Below are positions 17,390 to 26,948 of a DNA stretch of 64,000 nucleotides, one piece after another. Every line of letters starts with the position of its first letter. Position 1 is the first letter of the stretch. A model generated the notes under the pieces. It made no database searches. It was not told where the DNA came from and saw only the letters and a list, made by a program, of their open reading frames with translations. The stretch covers positions 282,735 to 346,734 of the forward strand of contig PGYB01000001.1 of assembly GCA_002839445.1 (NCBI GenBank), in the 5' to 3' direction. The DNA is from Candidatus Riflebacteria bacterium HGW-Riflebacteria-1 (GTDB taxonomy: Bacteria > Muiribacteriota > Ozemobacteria > Ozemobacterales > Ozemobacteraceae). A program made the position numbers and the translations under genes.

Positions 17390-18238
17390 ATGGTTGCACC
17401 AATTTCAATAGAGGACAGGGATCGTGCTAATCAGCACCTGGACCGCTCCATATCGTTTTCGATGTGTGGCAAAATTGACCAGGCCATTGACGAAATAAAA
17501 AAAGCCATCTCAATCGACGGCGAATTTGCACAGGCCCATAATAAACTTGGCGACTACTACATGAAAAAAGGTATGGTTAAAGAGGCGGCGGCGGCTTACA
17601 CCCGTTCACTTGAGCTTGAACCGGCCAATCAGAACTCAAGCTTTGATCTTGGCTGTTCACTTGCACATCTGGGCAAGCATGACGAAGCCCTTGAGTATCT
17701 GCGCAAGGCATTAGAGCTGAAACCTTCGCATAGCGAAATTTATGGCCACATTGGTCGTATTCTCATGATGCGTGGCGAACTTGAAGAAGCAGTATCTCAT
17801 CTTGAGCGGGCAGTATCTGCCAGTTCTGATGACATCATGTCGAGCTTCACCCTGGCCTGCGCCTACCAGATGCAGGGTCAGACTGACAACTCGGTACGCC
17901 TTTTCAAAAAGGTCATCGATCGCTACAAAACCCTTGTAGATGTGAAAAAGAGATTTGCTGAAGGGCATTATTATATTGGCCGCTCGTATTTCTTTATGGG
18001 CGATCTGGACGAAGCCATCAAACATCTCGAAAAAGCAGTTGAATATGACACTGAAGATGTAGACTATCATTACAGCTTTGGCATGTTATACAGCGATGCT
18101 GATGCTTTTTGTTCTCTTGCTGAGGTGCAACACGCGCTCGGCAAATATTCTGAAGCGCGCGAAAACATGTATAAGGCGATCAGCCTCAGCCCTGGCAATC
18201 AGCACTTCGCTCGAATCAAATCACAACTTGGAATCTGA
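17390..18238 (+). CDS. TPR-repeat protein
   Basis: Repeated A..Y.....L.P......LG TPR-like units. Sits between flgI and the rod-binding protein. Confidence 0.55.
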   Translation: MVAPISIEDRDRANQHLDRSISFSMCGKIDQAIDEIKKAISIDGEFAQAHNKLGDYYMKKGMVKEAAAAYTRSLELEPANQNSSFDLGCSLAHLGKHDEALEYLRKALELKPSHSEIYGHIGRILMMRGELEEAVSHLERAVSASSDDIMSSFTLACAYQMQGQTDNSVRLFKKVIDRYKTLVDVKKRFAEGHYYIGRSYFFMGDLDEAIKHLEKAVEYDTEDVDYHYSFGMLYSDADAFCSLAEVQHALGKYSEARENMYKAISLSPGNQHFARIKSQLGI

Positions 18239-18241
18239 TAA

Positions 18242-18550
18242 ATGAGCAGTTTCTATATCAGCCCGGCATTGCAGAAAGATCGGCTCGCAGAGCTTCCTGA
18301 AGCCAAAAAAAAGGAACTCGGCAAGTTGCAAAAAGCCTGTTCAGACTTCGAGTCAATCTTTATGCATCAGATGCTGAAGGAAATGCGCAAAACAGTAAAA
18401 AAGACCGGCATGGTTCACGGCGGGCAGGCAGAAGAAATATTTGCCGACATGCTCGACCAGGAAAGATCAAAGAGCATGAGCATAGGCCTTGGTGACATTC
18501 TGTTTATGCAACTTTCACGCTCAATCGTGCCCCCCGAAAGACCTCGCTAA
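18242..18550 (+). CDS. flgJ: FlgJ-type rod-binding protein (Rod_binding domain only)
   Basis: ACSDFESIFMHQMLKEMRK matches the FlgJ N-terminal rod-binding motif. 102 aa with no muramidase domain. Confidence 0.65.
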   Translation: MSSFYISPALQKDRLAELPEAKKKELGKLQKACSDFESIFMHQMLKEMRKTVKKTGMVHGGQAEEIFADMLDQERSKSMSIGLGDILFMQLSRSIVPPERPR

Positions 18551-18614
18551 AGACCTGCCGACAACCGGGCGTGCCCCGGATATTTCTTTGGTATTCCTTG
18601 AAAGGAAAGCTATT

Positions 18615-19904
18615 GTGGAAAACCCATCATTCACCTATCTTCAGCTTTGCGAAGAACCTGTAAAAAACATTAAGGCGGTTGCCAAGGCTATGAACCTTGA
18701 AAACACCGAAAAAATGAAAAAGCAGGATCTGATCCGGGCTATTCTCAGAGGACAGCTTAAAGAACAGGGGTTGGCCCTTTCTGAAGGCGTTCTTGATGTT
18801 ATGCCCGAAGGCTATGGCTTTGTAAGAACCAGAAGTTACGTGCAAAATGATGATGACGTTTATGTTTCGCCATCTCAGATCAAACGTTACGGCCTCATGT
18901 GTGGCGACACAATTGTTGCCCAGGTTAGACTGCCAAAAGACGACGAAAGCTACCACGCGATGTTGCGCATCGAAGCAGTTAACGGCGTCAATGTCGATCG
19001 CCTGCGCAATCGTGTTAGTTTTGAAGACGGCATACCGGTTTTTCCGACAGACCGCTTCAGACTTGAAACAGATCCAGATGACGTTTCTACCCGCGTTTTT
19101 GACCTGATCTGCCCGATTGGAAAAGGCCAGCGCGGCCTGATCGTGGCTCCGCCAAAAGCCGGCAAAACCACGCTTCTCAAGCAGGTTGCCAACGCGATAA
19201 CTACTAACCATCCTGAAGTTCTCATGCTCATCCTGCTGATTGACGAGCGCCCGGAGGAAGTTACCGACATGCGTCGTTCGGTCGACGCCGAAGTTGTGGC
19301 TTCAACTTTTGATGAACATATAACGAACCACATCAAGGTCTCTGAGCTGCTACTTGAAAAAGCAAAGCGGCATGTCGAACTTGGCCGCGATGTCGTTATA
19401 CTGCTCGATTCAATTACAAGACTGGCACGGGCATACAACATCTCAATGCCCTCGGCAGGTCAGACACTGTCGGGCGGGGTTAACCCGTTCGCGCTGCACA
19501 AGCCCAAGCGCTTTCTCGGCGCTGCCAGAAAGATCGAGCACGGCGGCAGCCTTACTGTAATTGCCACCGCGCTTATCGACACCGGCTCAAAGATGGATGA
19601 AGTGATCTTTGAAGAATTCAAGGGCACCGGCAACATGGAACTGCACCTTGACCGCAAACTGTTCAACAAGCGCATTTTCCCGTGCATTGACGTTAAAATG
19701 TCAGGTACCCGCAAAGAAGAGCTGCTCATGGATGCTGAAGATCTCAAGAAAATCATCATTCTGCGCCGGGCCTTTGACGACAAAAGTTCGCAGGAAGTCG
19801 TTGAAATGCTGGTTAAGGGTATTTCCAACACCAAAGACAACCGTGAATTTCTTGGCCTGATAAATCCGAACTACAAAAGTTCTGCAAGCAAGGGCAACGA
19901 CTGA
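18615..19904 (+). CDS. rho: transcription termination factor Rho
   Basis: Walker A GKTTLL, RFLGAARKIEHGGSLTVIATALIDTGSKMDEVIFEEFKGTGNMEL. GTG start at 18615 with an AAGGAAAG RBS aligns with the E. coli Rho N-terminus. The ORF-track extension to 18489 was rejected. Confidence 0.9.
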   Translation: MENPSFTYLQLCEEPVKNIKAVAKAMNLENTEKMKKQDLIRAILRGQLKEQGLALSEGVLDVMPEGYGFVRTRSYVQNDDDVYVSPSQIKRYGLMCGDTIVAQVRLPKDDESYHAMLRIEAVNGVNVDRLRNRVSFEDGIPVFPTDRFRLETDPDDVSTRVFDLICPIGKGQRGLIVAPPKAGKTTLLKQVANAITTNHPEVLMLILLIDERPEEVTDMRRSVDAEVVASTFDEHITNHIKVSELLLEKAKRHVELGRDVVILLDSITRLARAYNISMPSAGQTLSGGVNPFALHKPKRFLGAARKIEHGGSLTVIATALIDTGSKMDEVIFEEFKGTGNMELHLDRKLFNKRIFPCIDVKMSGTRKEELLMDAEDLKKIIILRRAFDDKSSQEVVEMLVKGISNTKDNREFLGLINPNYKSSASKGND

Positions 19905-19908
19905 CCTG

Positions 19909-20580
19909 ATGACACCTACTCAACCATTCAGCAATCGCAATCGAGCACTGCTAATTCTTCTGGGCATACTGCTCCTTCAGATGAGCGTTCCGAGCGCAGA
20001 CAGAGACTCTTTAAGTCTCAGCGCCTCTTTTTACACACCAGAAGAAGTCAAATACAACTTCTGGCAACCGGTCAAACAGATTTTCGCATCAACAGCGGAG
20101 CGCACTGCCGACCTCAGGGCGTCTTTGCTACCAGCCTTGCCGGCGGCACGGACCTTCAAAATAGTCAGTGTTACAAGCAAGAAAGCTACTTCAAGCAAAA
20201 TCTGGCCGGTCAAAGGTGCAATATCTTCGGCTTTTGGCATGCGCCGGCACCCGGTTACCCAAAGACGTTCGTTTCATAATGGCATAGATATAAAGGCGCA
20301 CAAGGGCACGAGCATTATTTCTCCGGCTGACGGAATTGTCGTGTGCGCAGCCCATGCCGGACTGCTCGGCCGCCTGGTCAAAGTTCGCACCGGAGATGGA
20401 AAAACCCTGTATTTCGGGCATATGAACCAGATAAAATGCGTTAAGGGGCAGCGGGTCAAACGCGGCACTCTGCTGGGCACAGTTGGCCGATCTGGGCGAG
20501 CTACCGGGCCTCACCTGCACTTTTCCGTATTGGCGGGTGGTCGTTACATTGATCCAACCAAGTATCTCGCGGCAAGATAA
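19909..20580 (+). CDS. M23 family metallopeptidase (LytM domain)
   Basis: HNGIDI...GTSIISPADGIVV...GHMNQIKCVKGQRVKRGTLLGTVGRSGRATGPHLHF. Confidence 0.8.
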   Translation: MTPTQPFSNRNRALLILLGILLLQMSVPSADRDSLSLSASFYTPEEVKYNFWQPVKQIFASTAERTADLRASLLPALPAARTFKIVSVTSKKATSSKIWPVKGAISSAFGMRRHPVTQRRSFHNGIDIKAHKGTSIISPADGIVVCAAHAGLLGRLVKVRTGDGKTLYFGHMNQIKCVKGQRVKRGTLLGTVGRSGRATGPHLHFSVLAGGRYIDPTKYLAAR

Positions 20581-20655
20581 AGCATTTCTCAAACCTCCCG
20601 GCAGAGATGCCGATATGTTAGATGAATCATATTTTGTCTGACGGAGACTGATCAG

Positions 20656-21723
20656 ATGCTTTTTGCCAGCAAATTCTGCCGGGCAGCCTTATTGTCAGCA
20701 TTGCTGCTGACTGCAATGCCTGTGTGGGCGACAAATTTCAGTGATATTTCCGGCGAACAGCCCGCACCAGACAAGGCCCTGTCTGCCTACGAATCAGGCT
20801 ACAAAAATTATCGCAAAGGGTTTTTCGACCAGGCCGAAGACAGCTTTATCGAGGCACTGCGTCTTGAACCAAACCTGATCAAGGCCCATTATTGGCTGGG
20901 AAAGCTGTATCGCGAACAGGGTCGCCTTGAAGACGCAATTTTTCATTGGGAAGAAGTCGAGCGCCTCAACCAGCTGATAAAATATCGACGCATCGCGCTG
21001 TCGCTTGAAAACAATGAATATCCTTCATACCCGCAGATGCTGCGAACGACCGAGAGAGCAACCCTGGCGCACGAGGCCTTTATGAAAGGTCGACATCTGC
21101 TTGACCAGGGCCACTGGGATGGCGCCGAAGTCGAGATTCGCAAAGCTGTCGAGCTATATGGCGGCAACCATCAGTATCTGCTGCAGCTTGCCAGACTGCT
21201 GTGGGACAAGGGCGAAAAACAGGCAAGCGTTAAATTCTACCGTGATCTGCTCGGCATGCGAGACGTCAGTCTGGAGCACTTTTCAGAGGGATTCAACCGA
21301 ATGATCGCGGCTAACATGGATTACGTTGCCCAGCCGCTATTGCAGACGCACCTGTTGAGATTTGCTGGAAACGCTGAATTTGAAAAAATGCGCAGTCGGT
21401 TTAAGGCAGATAACAATCACGATGTTGTGGCAGCAGGCAAAATAGTAAAAAGAGTTGACGGACAGGTAATTATAAATCTCGGTATGAATGAAGGTCTGAG
21501 TCTCTCTGATGAGTTCAGCTTGAGTCTGCGCGCATTCAAAGCCGGCGCAGCTCTTTCAGATCCAGATACCGGCGTTACCATCGGACGCGCACCCGACATA
21601 CCTTCTGCCGAACTTTTGCTGACCAAAGTTTATAAAAATACGAGCTGGGCGCTGATCCGAAGAGAATTTGGCCCAGGAGTGAAAGCAGGTGACCTGATTG
21701 AATTCAAAAAAGCAGCAAGGTGA
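20656..21723 (+). CDS. secreted TPR-repeat protein
   Basis: Signal peptide plus TPR-like repeats (AHYWLGKLYREQGRLEDAI...). Confidence 0.5.
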   Translation: MLFASKFCRAALLSALLLTAMPVWATNFSDISGEQPAPDKALSAYESGYKNYRKGFFDQAEDSFIEALRLEPNLIKAHYWLGKLYREQGRLEDAIFHWEEVERLNQLIKYRRIALSLENNEYPSYPQMLRTTERATLAHEAFMKGRHLLDQGHWDGAEVEIRKAVELYGGNHQYLLQLARLLWDKGEKQASVKFYRDLLGMRDVSLEHFSEGFNRMIAANMDYVAQPLLQTHLLRFAGNAEFEKMRSRFKADNNHDVVAAGKIVKRVDGQVIINLGMNEGLSLSDEFSLSLRAFKAGAALSDPDTGVTIGRAPDIPSAELLLTKVYKNTSWALIRREFGPGVKAGDLIEFKKAAR

Positions 21724-22174
21724 CGGAGAAAAAATCGTAGCAGCCAATCGCAAGGCTTTTCACGATTATTTTATCCTCGAAAGACTCGAAGTCGGCATCG
21801 CCCTCGTTGGCTCTGAGATGCGTCCCTGTCGCGAGGGCCGGGTTACTCTCAAAGACTCTTACGCAGAAGAGATCGGTGGACAGTTATGGCTGCATGACAT
21901 GCATATCGGCTCTAACCCTTTTTCGAACCGGATGGACCATGAGCCTGAGCGAAAACGAAGGCTCCTGGCGCATAAAAGTGAAATCATTAAATGGGGTTAC
22001 AAAGTCAGAACCAGCAGCATGACTATTGTTCCGCTAAAAGTGTATTTCAAGAACGGCAAAGTCAAAGTTGAACTTGGCCTGGCCAAGGGCAAAGCCAAAT
22101 ATGATAAGCGTGAAGCTCTGCAGAAGAAAGACGCAAAGCGCGACGCAGAAAGAGAACTGGGAGGACGCTACTGA
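21698..22174 (+). CDS. smpB: SsrA-binding protein SmpB
   Basis: IVAANRKAFHDYFILERLEVGIALVGSEM...LKDSYAEE...KRRLLAHKSEI, a SmpB signature. TTG start overlaps the upstream gene, so the exact start is uncertain. Confidence 0.85.
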   Translation: MNSKKQQGDGEKIVAANRKAFHDYFILERLEVGIALVGSEMRPCREGRVTLKDSYAEEIGGQLWLHDMHIGSNPFSNRMDHEPERKRRLLAHKSEIIKWGYKVRTSSMTIVPLKVYFKNGKVKVELGLAKGKAKYDKREALQKKDAKRDAERELGGRY

Positions 22175-23799
22175 TGCTGGCAAATATTTATCGTAATAAA
22201 ATGCCTTATGTGGCAATGGTGACTGCGATATTCATACTGGCAGGACTGGCGGGGAATGCGCAAAGTGGCTATATCAGCGCGCGCAGTTTCGCGGAGTCGC
22301 AAGGCATAGCCTACCAGTGGTTTCCGCTGCAACGCATTCTGGTAATGCGAAAAGGTCTGAAAACCGTTCGCCTGACCGTTGACGACACCAAGGCAATCGT
22401 AGACGGCAACGAAGTGGACATGGCGGCACCACCAAGAATCGATCAGGGCCAGCTGATGGTGCCGGCAACAGCCTTAACCCGTTTTTTTCTAACCAGTGAC
22501 AGCACGACACCACTAAGGGTCAGCCCGCCAAACATAGAGGTTCAGCCCCCCCTTCCGCCAGCAACGCAACGACCAGAACCAGCACGCAGTCAGCCTATAG
22601 CAGCAACTCCAGCGCCGATAGTTTCCCCACAACCTGTTGCAATAACCCCGGCGCCAGTTTCGCCACCTCAGCCCATCGCGATAACACAGCAGACAAGTGA
22701 CGAAGCGGTTCTGGTAGCACTAAGACACAGCATGCGCGAAGACCATACGAGGGTTGTGCTGGAATTCAGTAGTGACATCACCTATAGAACAGACTTTAAA
22801 GACGGCTTATATCGACTGACTGTTTCAGGATGCCGCAACCTGGTTCCCACACAACGCACGAACCCTTCTGGCAGAGATATCGCCAAGCTTGATATCAACA
22901 GCGGCCCTGATCGGAAAGGTCTGATTTTGAGTTTTTATCTTAACCAGAAAGAAAAACTACCCACAATTGAAACCGTGCGCGGCCCCTTTCGCATGATCAT
23001 CTCATTCGCTTCGCCTGATGCGCAACAGATCGCCTCGGCGCCAGCAACAATAGTTGCCAGCGCCCCAGCCGTTGTCACCAGCGCAGCTCCGCCACCGGCC
23101 AAAATGGAAGCGCCGCCGGAGATAAACCTTGAGGTGCCAACAGTCTCTCTGAACAATGAAGAATTTAAAGGGCGCACAATTATAATCGACGCCGGGCATG
23201 GTGGCAGCGACCGGGGATTCACTTTCGAAGGCCGCCCTGACGAGAAACATATCAACCTGGCAATTGCATCTCATCTAAGCAACAGCCTAGAAAAAGCTGG
23301 ATTCAAGACAATGATGACGAGAAGCAGCGACCTGGATATGTCACACGCGCAACGCCTGAGCATTGCCAACCGGCATGGCGGCGACCTCTATATTTCGATT
23401 CATCTTGGTGGATCAACTGACAGCACCAAGGCAGGTGTAGCCTGCTACAGCTACGGCAAAACAGGAACAGCAGTTGACGAATCCGCGCAAGGGTTAAGTT
23501 ACGAAGCTGTGTACAGAGAATGGCTCAAAAACACCCGTTTCGATCTCAATAAATTCCTTGCCCGCAAAGTAAACGAACGCATGGTTGAGCATCTTAAAGT
23601 GCAGAGCCGTGGTGTCAAAGATCTTCCGCTGCAACCACTGCAATTCGTCATGATTCCTGCAGTTGTTGTCGAAGCCGGGATGCTTTCTGATAAGACCGAA
23701 GGCAAGAACCTGATCAGCGACAATTATCGCAAGGCAATTGCCCAGTCAATAGCTAACGCCGTCGTAGACTTCTTCAACGGCATTGTAATCAACCAGTAA
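22174..23799 (+). CDS. N-acetylmuramoyl-L-alanine amidase (Amidase_3, AmiC-like) with N-terminal extension
   Basis: IIIDAGHGGSDRGF...HINLAIASHL...DLYISIHLGG...VVVEAGMLSDKTE. Pro-rich linker. ATG overlaps the smpB stop (TGATG). Confidence 0.8.
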   Translation: MLANIYRNKMPYVAMVTAIFILAGLAGNAQSGYISARSFAESQGIAYQWFPLQRILVMRKGLKTVRLTVDDTKAIVDGNEVDMAAPPRIDQGQLMVPATALTRFFLTSDSTTPLRVSPPNIEVQPPLPPATQRPEPARSQPIAATPAPIVSPQPVAITPAPVSPPQPIAITQQTSDEAVLVALRHSMREDHTRVVLEFSSDITYRTDFKDGLYRLTVSGCRNLVPTQRTNPSGRDIAKLDINSGPDRKGLILSFYLNQKEKLPTIETVRGPFRMIISFASPDAQQIASAPATIVASAPAVVTSAAPPPAKMEAPPEINLEVPTVSLNNEEFKGRTIIIDAGHGGSDRGFTFEGRPDEKHINLAIASHLSNSLEKAGFKTMMTRSSDLDMSHAQRLSIANRHGGDLYISIHLGGSTDSTKAGVACYSYGKTGTAVDESAQGLSYEAVYREWLKNTRFDLNKFLARKVNERMVEHLKVQSRGVKDLPLQPLQFVMIPAVVVEAGMLSDKTEGKNLISDNYRKAIAQSIANAVVDFFNGIVINQ

Positions 23800-23812
23800 C
23801 GAGGAATTAAAT

Positions 23813-24472
23813 ATGGCAAACGCACGAAAACCTTCACGGCATAACCAGGAAAAATTACTGTTTGTATTGATGGGTCTTATCGTAGTCGGGCTGATTGTAT
23901 CAGGCTATTTCTTGTTTGTTCGCAAACTTTTGCCAGAAATAGCGGCCATACCCGAGGCCAACAAGCAGGCCGCCCTGGCCGGACATGCACGACAGGTAGA
24001 AGCAAATGCCACCTCCAGCGTTGAAGAATTCATTCCTCAGGAAGAAGCACATTCGCTGAAAATTTATTTTGGGCAGAAGGGCAGCGATCTTCTGGCACCA
24101 GAGCAGAGAATCGTTCGCAAACGCACCATGCTGATAGCGCAGGCACGCCAGATTGTAGAAACAGTGCTCGAAGGCCCGGTAAATACGTCACTTTATCGCG
24201 TGATTCCGCAGGGAACAACTTTACGTGGCCTGTTTTTCGATTCAGGTGTTTTTATTGTTGATCTCAGCAAGGAGTTTGCCAACGTAAACAATTTAGGCTC
24301 ATCTGAGCAGGTCCTCAGCATTTACTCACTGGTAAATTCGCTCACCGAACTTGACCCACGTGCCAAAGTGCGCTTTCTGATAAATGGCAGTGAACCAACA
24401 TCCGATGCAGGACACATAGATATAACCCAGGCATTGACCAGGCTCAAAGAGATAAATGCCAGCGAATCATAA
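23813..24472 (+). CDS. GerMN-domain protein
   Basis: LKIYFGQKGSDLLAPEQR...FFDSGVFIVDLSKEF...VRFLINGSE pattern. Commonly partners AmiC-type amidases. Confidence 0.55.
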   Translation: MANARKPSRHNQEKLLFVLMGLIVVGLIVSGYFLFVRKLLPEIAAIPEANKQAALAGHARQVEANATSSVEEFIPQEEAHSLKIYFGQKGSDLLAPEQRIVRKRTMLIAQARQIVETVLEGPVNTSLYRVIPQGTTLRGLFFDSGVFIVDLSKEFANVNNLGSSEQVLSIYSLVNSLTELDPRAKVRFLINGSEPTSDAGHIDITQALTRLKEINASES

Positions 24473-24500
24473 AATCAGCTCATAAAAAACGTATAAAAAA

Positions 24501-24531
24501 GCGGCGATCAGAATACGATCGCCGCTTTTTT
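24501..24531. terminator. bidirectional Rho-independent terminator between convergent GerMN and pilin genes
   Basis: GCGGCGATC-agaatac-GATCGCCGC 9-bp stem, flanked by AAAAAA upstream and TTTTTT downstream. Confidence 0.65.
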
Positions 24532-24540
24532 GTTACTATT

Positions 24541-24906
24541 TTAGCCGCCCCAGGTAGAGGTAGCACAGCCATGCTGGCTGCAGAAAACTTTTTTGCCGTT
24601 AGGCAACCCTTCTTCGGTGCCTTTTACCCAGTCATAGATGCCTTCAGTTGGACACAAGGGAACACGATTACCACCCAAAAATGGTGTAAGATCAGCAATT
24701 GTCGAAGGGTATTGTTTGCGTTCAATACTATACAGCTCGGCCGTTCGGCTAAGAAGCGCCGAAAACTCGAAACACTTGTTCTGTCTCGCCAGCTCGCGTG
24801 ATCGGCGGAAATTGGGTATGGCTATTGCCGCCAGAACACCAATGATAGCTATAACTATCATCAATTCCACCAATGTAAATCCGTGTTTTATTTTTTTGCT
24901 GTTCAT
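24541..24906 (-). CDS. type IV pilin / GspG-like major pseudopilin (prepilin)
   Basis: Leader MNSKKIKHG|FTLVELMIVIAIIGVLAAIAIPNFRRSRELARQNKC..., C-terminal Cys pair. 121 aa from ATG 24906. The track's long N-terminal extension was rejected. Confidence 0.75.
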   Translation of the reverse strand: MNSKKIKHGFTLVELMIVIAIIGVLAAIAIPNFRRSRELARQNKCFEFSALLSRTAELYSIERKQYPSTIADLTPFLGGNRVPLCPTEGIYDWVKGTEEGLPNGKKVFCSQHGCATSTWGG

Positions 24907-24913
24907 TGACTTT

Positions 24914-24942
24914 ATTATACATTTGCAAGAAATATTTTGCAA
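24914..24942 (-). promoter_or_regulatory. sigma-70-type promoter for the pilin gene, with an apparently leaderless transcript
   Basis: On the minus strand: TTGCAA (24942-24937), 17-nt spacer, TATAAT (24919-24914). The ATG lies about 8 nt downstream of the -10 with no SD. The same palindromic TTGCAA could serve a plus-strand promoter (TACTAT at 24960-24965) for the NHL gene. Confidence 0.35.
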
Positions 24943-25003
24943 ATCATATTTTTTTGATTTACTATACATGAACAACGAAAATGATCTGAAGGAAAATGGC
25001 TTC

Positions 25004-25903
25004 ATGCTTAAAAAGACACTCGCCTTAGCAATGATATTGTTTGTCGGACTCAGCACTGGCTGTGTACCCAACAAGTTCCAGTTTGAGAAAGAATTTGGAA
25101 AGTCGGGTTCGAATAGAAGAGAATTTCTCAGTGCGACTGACATGGATCTAACTTCCAAGGGCGACCTCGTCATTGCCGACGCAGGCAACACACGCATTCA
25201 AGTAATCACCACCAACGGCGACTCAGTAATGGTTGCCGGCGAATCTGGTCGTGAAGGATACAAACTGCAGAGCATAACCGGCATTGGCGTAAATCCTTTG
25301 ACCGACGACGTACTGGTCTGCGATCAACGCGGCAACAAGATCGTCAGATTCGATTCCGCAGGTGAACCCAACCTGAGAATCGTTGACAAGATGAAGTTCC
25401 CGATGGACGTGTGCATAGACCGCAAGGGCAACAGCTATGTAATTATGTCCAAGCAGTCCGAAATATACAAATACGATGCCAATGGCAAGTATTTAGCCAC
25501 AATTGGTGGCTCAGGCAAGGCTGCGATGCTGTTTCCCACATCTATCCTGCTGCACAATGATCACCTTTTCATCACAGATTTTGGAGCCAAGCGCGTTATT
25601 AAGCTAGGTCTGGATGGTAATTTTGTCGGCGAGTACAAAGACAAGGGCGAATACGAAGAGATCAAAGGGCCATCTGGCATGCATATCGACAACCTTGGGA
25701 ACCTGTACATTCTCGACCTTGGTGAAGTTCCGGTTGTTATTCTTTCCCCTGATGGCAAGCTGATCTCGAAGGTTGGCGATTTTGGCAATCAGCCTGGCCA
25801 GTTTCTTTACCCAACCGGGGTAATCGCCAAGTCCCCAGAAGAGATCTATGTTCTCGATAACAGTCGCAACACCATTCTGAACTTCAAAATGAAGCCTGAA
25901 TAG
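25004..25903 (+). CDS. NHL-repeat lipoprotein (beta-propeller)
   Basis: Lipobox LSTGC, repeated ...DxxGNLYVxD.. NHL-like blades. AAGGAAAA RBS before ATG 25004. Confidence 0.65.
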   Translation: MLKKTLALAMILFVGLSTGCVPNKFQFEKEFGKSGSNRREFLSATDMDLTSKGDLVIADAGNTRIQVITTNGDSVMVAGESGREGYKLQSITGIGVNPLTDDVLVCDQRGNKIVRFDSAGEPNLRIVDKMKFPMDVCIDRKGNSYVIMSKQSEIYKYDANGKYLATIGGSGKAAMLFPTSILLHNDHLFITDFGAKRVIKLGLDGNFVGEYKDKGEYEEIKGPSGMHIDNLGNLYILDLGEVPVVILSPDGKLISKVGDFGNQPGQFLYPTGVIAKSPEEIYVLDNSRNTILNFKMKPE

Positions 25904-25922
25904 ACCAGCAATCACAGGCGCA

Positions 25923-26948
25923 GTGACTTTCACCAAGATTTTCCGCTTCACCGCGGCGCTGCTTATTTTCGGTTCAATCGGGATGTTCATCGGTTTTCTG
26001 CAATGGTTTGACGAAATGGCCAAACCATTAGGCACTGAGGTGCGAACCGAGATTTTCATTGAACCGGGCAGCAACACCAGACAGATTGGCGCCCAGCTGA
26101 AAGCTCGAAAAGCCATTCGCAGCGCGCTGGCCTTTCGTATTTATATAAGATTTATCGCAGTAGACCAGCGCCTTAAGCCGGGTGCATATTCATTTGCCGG
26201 CAACGAAACCCTTTACGAGGTGATTTTCAAGCTGCTGCGAGGTAACATGCCGACAGTCCAGGTTACAATTCCTGAGGGCATTACCATAGTAAAAGCCGCG
26301 GCAATTCTTCAAGACAGTGGCATCTGTGCTGCACCGGATTTTATCAATGCAGTTTCGAACCCACAGCTTCTTGGAAAGATATTCGCAGACTGGCAGCTTA
26401 TTCCTGCCGCTGAGGGACTCATTTTTCCTGACACATACAGCTTTAATCGACCAAGTTCGGCAGAAAAAGTGGCCGAACGCATGTTGCGCCTGACCAGATA
26501 CCAGATTGACCGCATTTTCGCCGAACCTTTGCCAGCAGGGCTAAGTCAGTATGAAGGCTGCGTTCTCGCCTCGATTGTCGAAAAAGAAGCCGCTCTGGCT
26601 TCAGAACGTGATGTAATTGCTTCAGTTTTTTATAATCGCCTGCAGCGCAATATCAAACTTGAATCTTGTGCAACCGTTCTTTACGCGCTCGGTTCACACA
26701 AAAACAGACTTTTGTTTGAGGATCTCAAGATAAATTCACCTTATAACACCTACCTGAATACCGGGCTGCCGCCCACCCCAATCGCAAATTTTGGAGCTTC
26801 AGCGATGAACGCGGTTGCAAAACCAGCCGAAACAGACTATCTTTACTTCGTCTCAGACGGAAATCGTGGTCACAAGTTCGCGCGCTCACTGAGTGAACAC
26901 AATCGTTACCGCAACGAATTTTTCAAAATCCGAAAGAACGCCAGATAA
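25923..26948 (+). CDS. mltG: endolytic murein transglycosylase MltG (YceG-like)
   Basis: N-terminal TM, PEGITIVKAA..., LIFPDTYSF, ESCATVLYALG, NSPYNTYLNTGLPPTPIANFG, the YceG signature. GTG start. Confidence 0.85.
   Translation: MTFTKIFRFTAALLIFGSIGMFIGFLQWFDEMAKPLGTEVRTEIFIEPGSNTRQIGAQLKARKAIRSALAFRIYIRFIAVDQRLKPGAYSFAGNETLYEVIFKLLRGNMPTVQVTIPEGITIVKAAAILQDSGICAAPDFINAVSNPQLLGKIFADWQLIPAAEGLIFPDTYSFNRPSSAEKVAERMLRLTRYQIDRIFAEPLPAGLSQYEGCVLASIVEKEAALASERDVIASVFYNRLQRNIKLESCATVLYALGSHKNRLLFEDLKINSPYNTYLNTGLPPTPIANFGASAMNAVAKPAETDYLYFVSDGNRGHKFARSLSEHNRYRNEFFKIRKNAR

Noticed and set aside
24914-24960. Sigma-54 promoter upstream of the pilin gene (two TTGCA elements)
   Set aside because: There is no GG-N10-GC arrangement. 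The GC dinucleotides are 12 nt apart and no TGGCAC is present. Sigma-70 geometry fits much better.
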